In this document: in pieces, positions 39,196 through 50,449 of the stretch | Layout: every line of letters starts with the position of its first letter | Numbering within the stretch: the first letter of the stretch is position 1 | Assembly: GCA_013265495.1 (NCBI GenBank) | Contig: MU058718.1 | Location: 3,610,081 to 3,674,080 of the forward strand | Direction: 5' to 3' | Source: Vicugna vicugna | Lineage: Eukaryota | Length of the DNA stretch: 64,000 nucleotides | Notes under the pieces: model-generated | Databases searched by the model: none | Seen by the model: the letters and a program-made list of their open reading frames with translations, nothing else | Told to the model about the DNA's origin: nothing | Made by a program: the position numbers and the translations under genes

Positions 39196-41089
39196 CTCAA
39201 CCTCTTGTTAATTAGGGGTGAGAATCAGGGAAGGAGGAAGCAGGGAAGGACTGTCCTGGGGAGTGAATCAAATATATGCACGCAGGAGCATAGATTCATG
39301 AGGTGTTGGAAACAGTATATTGAAGCCTCTTGCTCCTCTGAACTAATTAATTGCTCCCTATTTTCAAATGAATGGAGAAGCGAGCAAATGTAAGAAGTGT
39401 AAGAACTATTATGTAGCAAGAAACACACCTTGTTGCTTTAGGACCTTTTGAAGTTGTGTGTGTGTGTGCACGTGCATTTTTCCAACTGTGTACCCCAGCA
39501 GGGGCTTGTCCAGTGATACTTACGCCCCTGCCCTTTCTCCTGTCAGTTTGTGCTGTAAAAAAAAAAACACTTCCTGCTTGTGATTTGGTAGGTGCATTTT
39601 GGCCAGTGGTTCTTAGATCATAGAAACCTATTTTATTGGTTTTAGGTGGACTGAATGGATTTCATTTTAGGGTGTTTCCAACTTGTATGCTGAATAATGA
39701 ATTTTAACCATTTTGGGTGCTAAAGTAGTATAAGCATTTAGATCATTTGCTCTGTTGGATGAGGAAATAAACATAGAGGGACAGACAGGCAGGATGCTTT
39801 TATTAGTGGGGCTTTAGTGACTTAAAACGTTTTAAATGAAAACAACTGAATTCTGGCCAGAAAAATAGTGTGAGAAAATCTATAGAAGGCTATTTGCTCC
39901 ATTGCTCCCTCCCCACCCTGACCACACCTCATCCATCCACCAGGCTTGAGATTTGTCTTTACGTGGAAAACGTGCTGATAAAATTATGATCACAAACAAA
40001 GCAAACATCACACTGTGCCCTGATTCAGTTTTCACAGGTATACCAGGCACACTGGTGACTTTCCGCTGTAATCTGAATGAGTTGTGCTGAGCTGATATAT
40101 TTTGAATTACAGCCTTTTGATGTCTTCTCTATGACAAGAATAATTTATCTCAGCACTGTCAGTTTGGGGTTTCAGGTTAGTGTGGCAGATTTTGGCGAAC
40201 TCTTTGAACTGGTGCCATCTTCAGTATCTTTCTGAGTGAAATACGGAGTTGTGAAATCCTGGTAGACTTCAGGTAAGAAGGGAGGACTAGCAGAAGTGAG
40301 TGTGGAGAGGAACGAAATAGAGGTACTTAGGTTGCCTGAAAGGACTTCAGTTCCCATCAAGTTCAACAAGTCAACATTGAATCTAAGAATTTTAGGGGGC
40401 ACACTGCCATGAGGAATCCGGGCTCTGGGGATGGGAGTCAGTTAGACATATTTTCCTGTTGAGTTCCTTTCAGGAGTCTAAGAAATCAGTTCACCTTGCA
40501 CAGTTCAAGCCACCAGAGAGAATGGGTTGGTTATTTATCAAAGGCAGCTTCATTCCTAAAGTTGGATCTTTGCTGAGTCAGCAGCGTGTTTCGAAAGGGG
40601 GACACACCTTTTCTCAACAGGTGTTGCCGGCCGTGGTCGTAGAACCTCCCAACAGGGCTGATTAGGAGGCTCGCCGGTGAGGCCAAAGGCCACTGCGGAC
40701 CTATTTGTTGCCACTGGTTGGAAGCAGGTCTGTGCCATTCCTGGCCCGTGGAGCAAGGGCTGGATTTTGGTTGTGCCCTGTGCTGGGTGCTTTTGTGCAC
40801 TACCTAGTCTACACCTGTATGCTGCGGCTTGGAAAAGACCCAGCAGTAACGCAGCACGATAAAGGGGCAAGATGACCCAGTTTGGATCAGTTTCACTGCT
40901 TTTAACGTAGTTACTTACTGGTAATGTACATTTTATTTAACTTCAGCTTTCCAGCCTACCTGTTTTGGGGCGCATCTCTGTCTCCTCACTGAGCCGCAGA
41001 CACACCAGGCTCATTCTTGTCTAATGCATCAGCAAATAGTAGCTGCTCTTTTCTTTTCACCTGGCTGTCTGCAGCTGATCCCTCGGGTC

Positions 41090-41345
41090 TCAGACCTTGC
41101 TTCTCTCAGGAAGTCTACCCTGAACTCCCCAGGCTGAAGGTACCTGTTAGGTTCCCTTTCTTGAACTCCCTGACAGTAGCACTTAATACTCTACACTATT
41201 GTCCTTCCTGTTTTCTTGTCTGCATATCTTCATTAGCATAGAAACTTCTTGAGGCAAGAAATACTCTTGTCCTGTTCATAGCTGTATTCCAAAGATGGAG
41301 CATAATACCTTGCACTCAATAAACATTTACTGAAGAACAAATTCA
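41090..41345 (+). mobile_element. L2 3' end fragment
   Basis: ttctctcaggaagtctaccctga...ttcttgaggcaag...cactcaataaacattt. Confidence 0.65.
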
Positions 41346-41585
41346 TAAATGCATGTGTACAGACCCTTGTCGGCCGATGGACTCTGAATATTTGCGTTGG
41401 CTCGGTTTTACTGATTGTGATAGGTTTTGCTGTTGATTTAGTGGTGTCACCTCACAAATGTGAAAGGCAAATCCTTGGTGAGATGCTGCTGGGGGCTGTG
41501 TGGTGTTTCTCAGGAGCCTCCTCTCTCTCCATGGGCTGGTTGACTGAGGAGAGTCCGCCGGGATGAAAGCATTGGAGGGTCCCGT

Positions 41586-41598
41586 GTCACGTGACTCA
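41586..41598. promoter_or_regulatory. Palindromic E-box GTCACGTGAC (CLEAR/USF type) overlapping AP-1 TGACTCA
   Basis: Motifs read directly; located in a CpG-retaining patch. Confidence 0.4.
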
Positions 41599-41693
41599 CT
41601 CAGACGATGACTCGAGAGCCAGAGAGTGATCTGGCTTTGGAACAACGGGCCTAGTCGTAAAGCACACTAATCTTCCTCTCTTGCCTCCTCCAG

Positions 41694-41733
41694 CACTGGA
41701 AGGCGCCGCGCAGCGAGGAGTACGAAGCAGAAG
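41694..41733 (+). CDS. NIN: Ninein coding exon 4, 40-nt small exon (HWKAPRSEEYEAE)
   Basis: Branch-point-like cactaat, long pyrimidine tract, ctccag| ... AAG|gtaggg; 40 nt gives exactly the phase 0 to 1 shift needed between neighbours; absent from the ORF track. Confidence 0.92.
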
Positions 41734-42068
41734 GTAGGGACTGCCCGGGAAGGACCCGCCTCCTGACCTCTTAGCTGTCTTCCTAACAGCCTTGCACGTG
41801 GGAGGCCAGCTCAGAAGTAACCTTAAGAACAACAGCAACAAAACATTCATTGCCGATCGATAGCTCACGGTTTTAAAATCCTAGCATTTAACATCATGCA
41901 AGATATGGCAACTAAGATGTAAGATTTCACTTACAGGTTAATTACTCTCTTATGTAGATTTTCACGTTAATCTATGAACAGGCCTAAACTAAATTTTAAA
42001 TTACTATTAAAATGCATCCCTTGACAAGTTTGATAATAGAATTTAAGCATCAAACCATATTGACTTTT

Positions 42069-42087
42069 TGGCCAGCAGGTGGCACTG
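42069..42087 (+). promoter_or_regulatory. Candidate CTCF site
   Basis: tggCCAGCAGGTGGCACtg matches the CCASYAGRKGGCRS core with no mismatch; motif only, binding not shown. Confidence 0.6.
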
Positions 42088-43064
42088 TGGTTCAGCTGAC
42101 AAAAACCTCAGCCCGCTTCACAGCCTACCCTGGGTTTAACTCTACTTAAGTGTAACTACATGTTCTCTACGTCTCTATCCTGTAAAAGCACAGCAGTAAC
42201 GGACTTGATTTCTTCCATAAATAGTAGGGGTAGCACTGACTGCTCTTCTCAGTCCTCCAAGGTTCTTCGAGGCACACAAAATTGTGCCAGTGATCAGCTC
42301 ATGTTTAAGTAATGACTTCACAGAATCTCTAATATGTTAAGTGGAAATTTTAACGAGAAGTGAGAACTTCTTTTCTTTTTCTTTTTAATAGAAGATAAAT
42401 ACGTTTTGATTTTTAAATAAGTAGTTTGATCCTTAAATCTTCAAATAGAACCTGTCTTTAATATACAGATGATTAGTAACTGGCAGCTTGCAGCCATTTA
42501 TTCTTCCACGTTGCGCTGCTTGTAGGTCGAAATATTTGTATGTGTAAAGATTTGCAGACAGGCTAATCTTGAGACTTTGATAATAATTTTATGATATTTA
42601 TCAGGAAATTATTTCCTTTTCAGTGAAAGCAGTTCTAGTGCTTAAACTAGAAAGAAAGTGGAGATGATAAAGTCTGGTAGCTGTAGTTGAGGTGGGGCAT
42701 GTAAAGCTCTTTAGAGTGGCTCTCAACCAGCTTTCTCTTCCAATCACACCAAAACCTGAGCCTGTGCATGTTTTTATTTGGAATGAAACAAGCCTAGGAC
42801 CTTGGCCTGACTGCACAGGAGATGCTGGTTCTTACACAGGTATGACTGCTGGTGAACAAAAAAGTGCCTGTTGGCCCTGGGTGCACCCTAAGAACCAGGG
42901 GTTCCATGTCATTGAACTTCAAGATCAAATCAAATCAAAATCAAATCAGCATTTATAGTCTTTTTCCTGTAGCATTTATTTTCCAAAACACATTTTTCTT
43001 TGCGAATAGGCTCTCTCTCTTTGCAATTCCTTTAGGGACAACACAATATATGCTTTTATTTTAG

Positions 43065-43255
43065 GCCAGTTAAGATTTTGGAACCCAGATGATTTGAATG
43101 CCTCCCAGAGTGGGTCTTCCCCTCCCCAAGACTGGATAGAAGAGAAACTGCAGGAGGTTTGTGAAGACTTGGGGATCACCCGCGATGGTCACCTAAACCG
43201 AAAGAAGCTAGTCTCCATCTGCGAGCAGTATGGTTTGCAGAATGTCGATGGAGAG
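43065..43255 (+). CDS. NIN: Ninein coding exon 5 (GQLRFWNPDDLNASQ...LGITRDGHLNRKKL...VDGE)
   Basis: ttttattttag| ... GAG|gtaagc; 191 nt, phase 1 to 0; EF-hand-like loop. Confidence 0.95.
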
Positions 43256-44869
43256 GTAAGCTTTGCATAGTATTTTTATTCAGGAATAATAATCACGGTA
43301 AAAGCTAAATTGGCCACAGGCTAGAAACAGCCATATTTTGGTTTCCTGCAGCATGTTACAGAAACTCCTTTCTCTTTTTTTTTTTTCCTGGGAAGTCAGC
43401 CATGAAGATTCTTTCCCCGAGGAGCTCATGTTGTGTTGTGGAAAAGAAAAAACTGACAATAGCTGACATTTACTGAACCCACACTGTGCCCCTCACTGTG
43501 CTAAGCACATTACCCCACATTATTACCAGACACGGGCTCAGTGTAGCCATGATGTCAGTATATTTGTAGATGCAGCGTTCACAGAGCAAAAGCTGGGAAA
43601 GGTGTGGAGGAAGGATTACGCAGGGAGTTTAGGAGGTTTGAGTTGGGGTAATATTTTGAAGGCCAGGGTGATAAGCTTAGTTTTTTGGAGAGAAGGTCTC
43701 CATATCATCTCTGGTGTCTTCAGCAGATGAAGTAATATATAGGAAAGACTTCCTTGCTGAGGGTGGTCTGAAGCTGCTTTTATGGGGTATACACTGGTAT
43801 AGAGAGAGCCCTGGATTAGGAGACCAGCCAGGAGCCATCACACTCATCTGGTCATGAGGAAATGGAAAAGGGTAGGTTGGTGGTTTTGAAAATATACAAT
43901 AGAAGAGTCTTGAAGGAGTCCCCAAAAGACTCTTGCTTGGCAAAATTCTTAGCTTCACGTTTCCTGAAAAATTGAGGGGAGTGGCAGGACTGGGTGAATG
44001 AACAACCATGAAATGTAAGCCTGTACGTAATTCCAACATCTGTCTTTCACAGAGCTGAAAATAAGGATGGGGGGGTCACTTAGAGGTTAGGGCTACAGTT
44101 GTAGCTTTGGGAATCTTTGATTATTATGCTATTTGAAACCATGTTTTCTGCTTGCTCAGGGGATAAACGGTATTATTCTCGTAAACCAGAAAGATTTATT
44201 ATCAAAAGCTTCTACATAGCCTCACTTGCAGGAAAGTTCTTTCCCTCCTTCTCCCTTATATATGTGACACACCCTCTGACTACCTTTTAATGGCTCGGTG
44301 GTCATTTATTTTCCAGTGGTGGTTGTTGAGTCATAAAATTAAATTCATCCTCCTAAATTATAAACCAGTGCAGTATGCAGAACCTCGGGTTGTTTTTGCC
44401 AAGAAATATTGCACAAACTTGGATTATTTATCTAAGGACAATTCTTGGAATAAACTGTAGCCGTTTGTGGGGAGTGGAATTTTCTTCTGTGGTGGAGTTT
44501 CCAGACCTGGGAATAGAAGCAGCACATTTGTCTCCCTCCGATCTGACGAAGAGTAAAGGATTGCTTATTGAACGCAGCTTTTACTTGGTGTTTTTCCTCC
44601 CCTCTCAAATCATGAAATACCATAGTCCTCTGTATTACTAGCTCGAGACCACAGCGGAGCTGCAAGTTCAAGATGATCTCATCAACATACAGCTTGGAAT
44701 CCTGGAATCATACAACTGAAAGCAGCTTTAGATTTAGTCACCCCTCTTTTTATAGATGAAGGAAGTAAAGTCACTGCTGCTTGTTGCCATCACCAGGAAA
44801 GGAAACTGGATTCACTGTCTTTTGCCTGAAACCAGTTCTCGGCTTTCTAGAAGCAATGACAACCGTAGG

Positions 44870-45190
44870 GCAGGGACGGCACACTCTCATCCTAGATGCC
44901 AAATATGACCCTAAGGCTGCTTGGCCTACCTAATGTTTAAAAACTAAACCTTTTGCTCTACTTTTTTAAAAACGGGAGATTTTTCTAAAAATCATAAGAT
45001 TTGGCTCCATTTTGCTGGCAATGGGAAGTGGCTAGCCCCCTTGGACAGGGCATGCACTCGTGTGTGCAGTTAAAAGGTACTACTTTACTGCTTTAAAAGA
45101 CACGACGTTGCAGTGTCTCAAGACCATCCTGCCTCATTTATTTACTTCACCTCCCTGGCCCCTCTGGGTGTTTGGGTTTGTGATCCCTAC
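44870..45190. mobile_element. Possible MER102-like hAT element
   Basis: cccttggacagggcatgcactc and terminal ggcccctctgggtgtttgggtttgtgatccct recalled from family consensus; not verified. Confidence 0.42.
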
Positions 45191-46074
45191 ACCAGTGCGC
45201 TATTTTCCAGCTTACACGTTGGGAAATCAACCATCTAAATATCCGGCTGGTCTTGGGGAGTAAGGATGTCCTCAGGGTTCTAGATTTGGCTCCTGCACAG
45301 GCTGCAGGGGGTGCCCAGTTGCTCATTTAACCTTCATTCTTTCCAGCCTAGCCTCTGCCCATCTACCCTCTTCAGAGTCCACATCCTTTTATTCACCACT
45401 TGCCCACTTGCCCTTGTGCAGTAACTGGCAGGACCCTCTTGCTCCACCACGTTGGATCAGGTGATAGGTGTTCAGGCAGCCGGGAAGCTGTGCATTGACT
45501 TGGCCAAAGTCAGAAGGCTGACCAGTGTGGAGCAAAGGTTAGCGCCAAAATATGCCAGTTAACTTCAGTCAGCACACTTGGGATTTACTGTGACTTCTGG
45601 TTGGACAGTCCTGAAAGCCTGGTCCTCTGAGAAAGTGTTCTTCTGTTTGATGAGAATGAGACAGAGAAGCTAAGGGAGCTCGGTAACCTCAGAATTTTGC
45701 CCAAAATACCTTTCCATCTGTCTCCCCATATGACTCTCTATTAGGAACTGCTGCTTCTTCCAAAGATTTACACTCTTTAGCATGGTTTTCTTGTTTCAGA
45801 GTCCTCTCCAGAGGAAGTGGTGTAAAAGGAATAGAGACAGATGTTTCCTATTGGATATGAATTGGACAAAAAGCACTCAAGATAAAGAAATGCCTCAAGC
45901 ACTTAGATGAAGGATAAAATCAACAATTACGAGATCACAGGAATCCTAGCAATAGTCCAGACTTATGAAATGGATTTTGAAAATTCGAGGATTTGTTACA
46001 AAGAGGCCTTTGTTAGAATGGACCCAATTGTAGGCTCTAAAGCAACAAGAGTAAGTTTGTTGCTTATGCTATTC

Positions 46075-46195
46075 TTTGCTACTCAGCAAACTGGGCATCA
46101 CTTGAGAGCTTGTTAGAAATGCAGAATCTCAGGCTCCACCCCAGATTTCACTATATCAGAGCCTGCATTTTAACAGGATGATTTGTTTCGTACAT
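46075..46195. mobile_element. MER5A-like hAT DNA transposon remnant
   Basis: gagcttgttagaaatgcagaatctcaggctccacccca...tgcattttaacag. Confidence 0.72.
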
Positions 46196-47061
46196 TGGGG
46201 GCGTGTTCTTACAGAAAAATTTTAGCCCCCAAAATAAAGAGGAATCTGTGAGGATGCTTTGTGGTGTCTGTGATTCATGCTGCTCTATTCCCTTTTCCAT
46301 TCCTCTGTTGAGCTAGGGAACAAACCACCTCCTAGGCAAGCCCTGGAGGGGACTGTAGTCTAGTCTCCCCTTCCCCAGTTATATGATAAGGACTACTTGA
46401 CTACTATCAGAGGGTACAAAGTAGTCAGGCAAAATTCTCTTCACATCTCTTGGAACCCTTCTATTGCACACACATGAAATCCTTCCTCTCCAGGCTTCAT
46501 TTCTCCTGTGCTAAAGCATTAAAAGGAGTAAAAACCCCAAACACACTGTGTTGTTCCAAGTAATGTTCTAAACCTCAAGCCGTGGGTTTCAGACCCGAAC
46601 TCTTAGATCACTGCAGTCTGGCCCAGACCCACTTCTGCTGTGCTAACACGCCAATTTCCAAAATTCAGTGTAAGCAAAATATCATGTGGCTTCACCACAA
46701 TTTAATGGCTTAATGAATGTCCAGCTATTTTCTGTTGTTACAACACTGCGAAGCTCTAGCTTTATATTTTTAAGCACTTTTTTAATTCGCAAGAATAACG
46801 TGTAGGAATGTGAAGGATGACCTGTTTTAAGAGTATACACAAAAGAGGAAACAGTAAATTGCTAAATTGCATACAATTATGAAGATGCTGAAAATGAACT
46901 TTCATGTAGTTTGTATGAGGGGAAAGGACATGTTATTAGAAAGGAAAATAAATGCAATGAAATGAGAACAAAGGGATATGTTTTATTTCTGGAGTCCTGG
47001 GATCAAGAGTGGTGCCAATTTGTATTGGCCGGAAGTGTACTTTGGGCCTTGTGGGTTTTTT

Positions 47062-47191
47062 AGGGGGTGGGGAGGGGATAATTAAGTTTATTTATTTCTT
47101 TTTATTTTTAGAGGAGATACTGGGGATGGAACCCAGGACCTCATGCATGCTAAGCATGCACTCTAACACTTGAGCTATACCCTCCCCACCC
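47062..47191 (-). mobile_element. tRNA-derived SINE (Vic-1-like), antisense, about 55 nt upstream of coding exon 6
   Basis: Family match in reverse; flanking ggccttgtg direct repeats. Confidence 0.88.
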
Positions 47192-47246
47192 TGGCCTTGT
47201 GTTTTTTTGAATGAAATAGTTAAAATATATGGTTTTCCTTTTCTAG

Positions 47247-47393
47247 ATGTTTGAAGAAGTCTTCCATAATCTTGATCCTGATGGTACAATGAGTGTAGAA
47301 GATTTTTTCTATGGCTTGTTCAAAAATGGAAAATCCCTTACACAGTCAGCATCTACCCCATATAGACAATTGAAAAGGCACCTCTCCATGCAG
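47247..47393 (+). CDS. NIN: Ninein coding exon 6 (MFEEVFHNLDPDGTMSVEDFFYGLFKNGKS...LSMQ)
   Basis: ttccttttctag| ... CAG|gtaaga; 147 nt, phase 0 to 0; EF-hand loop DPDGTMSVEDF and GxxxxGKS motif at 47313-47336. Confidence 0.95.
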
Positions 47394-47459
47394 GTAAGAA
47401 ATAAGTAGGAAGTGGTTTCTCTGTGAGTAGAAGTTAAAATTCATTGAAATAATTTCTTT

Positions 47460-47715
47460 TTCTTCCTCTTTTTTTTAAATGAAGTATATAGTCAGTTTAC
47501 AATGTTGTGTCAGTTTCCGGTATACAGCACAATGCTTCAGTCATATAGGAACATACATATATTTGTTTTCATATTCTTTTTCACCATAGGTGACTACAAG
47601 ATATTGAATATAGTTCCCTGTGCTATACAGTATAAAATTTGCTGTTTATCTATTTTATGTATATTAGTTAGTATCTGTAAATCTAGAACTCTCAGTTTAT
47701 CCCTTCCCACCCCCC
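47460..47715 (-). mobile_element. Lineage-type LINE-1 3' end, antisense
   Basis: tttttaaatgaagtatatagtcagtttacaatgttgtg...atagttccctgtgctatacag; same terminus as the 27013-27063 piece; flanking tga(a)ataatttct repeats. Confidence 0.82.
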
Positions 47716-48148
47716 TGAATAATTTCTAATGAATTAGCCTGCTGTCTGAAGAAGAATACTAAGGAGAAAGAAGCAAAAGAAGAGTAGTGAGGAAAGACTA
47801 AACCATTGCAGAAGGAAAAGCTGGGTTTTAAGAAATGACCATAAATTATAGAGTGGGAAGACCACGACTTATGCCCTTAATGTTAGCTGTGGGTCAGAAG
47901 AACCCTGGTGCTAAGTAGAGACACATCTCATCCATATGAAGGAACTCTGCCAGGTCAACCGTTGGGAAGCTTTGCATTCTTGACTCACTTAGGAAAGGGA
48001 GATCAAAGGGGCTGCGGGACTTTTTATTCTACCAGTATAAATTATAGAAACATGCCTTCTGCTCCTTGTGGTCTGGACTGACCAGTTTCGGTCTTGACCA
48101 ACATCATCTTGAATGCCTCAGCTCGCTCAAGTCTCTTTCTTCTTCCAG

Positions 48149-48316
48149 TCTTTCGATGAGAGTGGTCGACGGACCACAGCCCCATCTGCGATGACAGGCT
48201 CCATCGGCTTTCGGGTCTTCTCCTGCCTGGATGATGGGATGGGCTATGCATCAGTGGAGAGAATCCTTGACACCTGGCAGGAAGAGGGCATTGAGAACAG
48301 CCAGGAGATCCTGAAG
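48149..48316 (+). CDS. NIN: Ninein coding exon 7 (SFDESGRRTT...SQEILK)
   Basis: tcttcttccag| ... AAG|gtgtgt; 168 nt, phase 0 to 0. Confidence 0.95.
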
Positions 48317-48814
48317 GTGTGTTGGCTGAAATGGGAGAAAAATGACAAATTGGGGAAGGGTTGAAAAATTCCATGTTTTTTTTGAAACTGTGATTTGATT
48401 TGATTTCTCCTTAATGATTCTTCTAGTCACACGATTTCAGAGAGAAGAGGTAACTTTTCCTACCCTCTTTAAACAGGAGTGTTGGTTACTTCTTTCTATG
48501 TTTTTAACCCCTAAATTATTGAGAAGAGATTTCTTAACTGATCTCTGGTCATAAAGATTAGCGTTTCACCATTGTGTTATTTACAGTGCCAGATAGTTTA
48601 AAAAGAAAAAAACCATGCAAATAATCATGTTATGTTTTCCTTAGAGAGAGCTTAGTTATGCTCTGGATTGAATATTGTTCCTAAGCAATCACTCAAGAAA
48701 TGATTACAGCCAGCTTCTAGACTATAAAGTCAGCTCTCTGAGTCTGTATAACTTTGACAATTTCTGCTTTCAGAGGATAGAACTTGTGACTGTTGAACTT
48801 GTTCTGATTTCTAG

Positions 48815-48951
48815 GCCTTGGATTTCAGCCTTGATGGAAATGTCAATTTGACAGAATTGACACTGGCTCTTGAAAATGAGCTTTTGGTGACGAAGAACAG
48901 CATTCACCAGGCGGCTCTGGCCAGCTTTAGGGCTGAGATCCGGCATCTGCT
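48815..48951 (+). CDS. NIN: Ninein coding exon 8 (ALDFSLDGNVNLTELTLALENELL...EIRHL)
   Basis: gatttctag| ... GCT|gtgagt; 137 nt, phase 0 to 2. Confidence 0.95.
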
Positions 48952-49269
48952 GTGAGTTGCGCAGAAGGTTCACCTGCTCCATTCCCTTTCCTGCTTGTCC
49001 AGCGAGTCAGTCACATTCTGTGACATACATTCTCCCATTCTGTGCACAAATATGGCTAATCTCCTCTTATCTCACTTCTGTGAAAATGAGGAAGAGCTGA
49101 GATTTGCGTGGAGGCTTCTGAAGAGGGCCGTGGAATGTCTCTGTGGTTTGGAAGGGTTTGGGTTGTCTTGGTTTTGTTTCGTATTGAAGCAAGCCAGATG
49201 AGAGCTTTTTTGGGTCTGCCTGTTGCTTAGAAACAGCTTCCCTCAGACTTAGTTTATTTCTGACTCTAG

Positions 49270-49410
49270 AGAGCGAGTTGATCAAGTGGTCAGAGAAAAA
49301 GAGAAGCTACGGTCAGATCTGGACAAAGCCGAGAAGCTCAAGTCTCTAATGGCCTCCGAGGTGGACGATCACCACGCGGCCATAGAGCGGCGGAACGAGT
49401 ACAACCTCAG
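49270..49410 (+). CDS. NIN: Ninein coding exon 9 (ERVDQVVREKEKLRSDLDKAEKLK...EYNL)
   Basis: tctgactctag| ... CAG|gtgcga; 141 nt, phase 2 to 2. Confidence 0.95.
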
Positions 49411-49607
49411 GTGCGACTGGTGGGCCCAGGCCCCTCCTCTCCTACCAGCCTGGCCGCACCTGGCGGGGGGGGGGAGTTAGGTGTGGCCAGGCCTAAAGGA
49501 AAGCAGGAGCCTCCCATCTCTGTGACTCTGTGTTTCCATTTTTGGCGCATCCACATGGGGACCTCTGAGGGATTTGATGGCAGCTTCTCAGTCTTCCCTC
49601 CTCACAG

Positions 49608-49782
49608 GAAACTGGATGAAGAGTACAAGGAGCGAATAGCAGCCTTGAAGAATGAGCTCCGAAAGGAGAGAGAGCAGATCCTGCAACAGGTGGGCAAGCA
49701 GCGTGTGGAACTCGAGCAGGAAATTGAAAAGGCAAAAACAGAAGAGAACTACATCCGGGACCGCCTGGCCCTCTCTTTAAAG
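49608..49782 (+). CDS. NIN: Ninein coding exon 10 (KLDEEYKERIAALKNEL...LALSLK)
   Basis: ctcctcacag| ... AAG|gtaact; 175 nt, phase 2 to 0; coiled-coil composition. Confidence 0.95.
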
Positions 49783-49791
49783 GTAACTGTC

Positions 49792-49964
49792 GGGGAGGAG
49801 GGTACAGCTCAAGTGGCAGAGCGCATGCTTAGCGTGCACAAGGTGCTGTATTCAGTCCCCTCTAAAAATAAATAAACCTAATTACCTTCCCTCTCCCCCC
49901 AAAAAATAAGTGAGACACATCCATATGTAGCTGTTTTTAATAAAAACAACCTTAAAAAAAAAAC
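49792..49964 (+). mobile_element. tRNA-derived SINE (Vic-1-like) with extended 3' tail, inserted at the coding exon 10 donor
   Basis: ggagggtacagctcaagtggcagagcgcatgcttagc head; TSD aaaggtaact(g/a)tc at 49779-49791 and 49965-49977. Confidence 0.85.
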
Positions 49965-50449
49965 AAAGGTAACTATCCTATTGGTTCTGTGGTCTGTGTC
50001 CCTGCTGGGAGAACCACATGGAAAAGCGTGGCTCTGTAAGAAGACAGGGTTGCACAGGGCTCCATCCAAAGATTCCCCATAGGTCTGCCCAGCTGGGTCA
50101 TGACCCAGATGTGGTAGGCCCCCCAATGTGATCAAGATTGCAGGGTGTCCAGGCTGGTTTGCCAGCGCTGTATCATGTTCTCACTCCCTGAAGTTGCACT
50201 GGGTCCTGAGGGCTGTTTGGCATCTGGTTGATGCTCTTTCCCTTCCCTGCCCTCTCCCCTCCTCATTCTTAGCAGATGGCTTTATTTCCTGCCACGCAGA
50301 GGCCATCAGCTTTGTTTCTCTGCTTCTAAATGTACCTTTTCCCTTGTACATCCTCCTCTCCTTTCCTGTGCCTCAGTAAAGGAAGTAATCCTTCTCCTTA
50401 CTGGACTCTGAGACACCAGATGGTGCAGTGTCATCTGAAGTGAGGGGTT

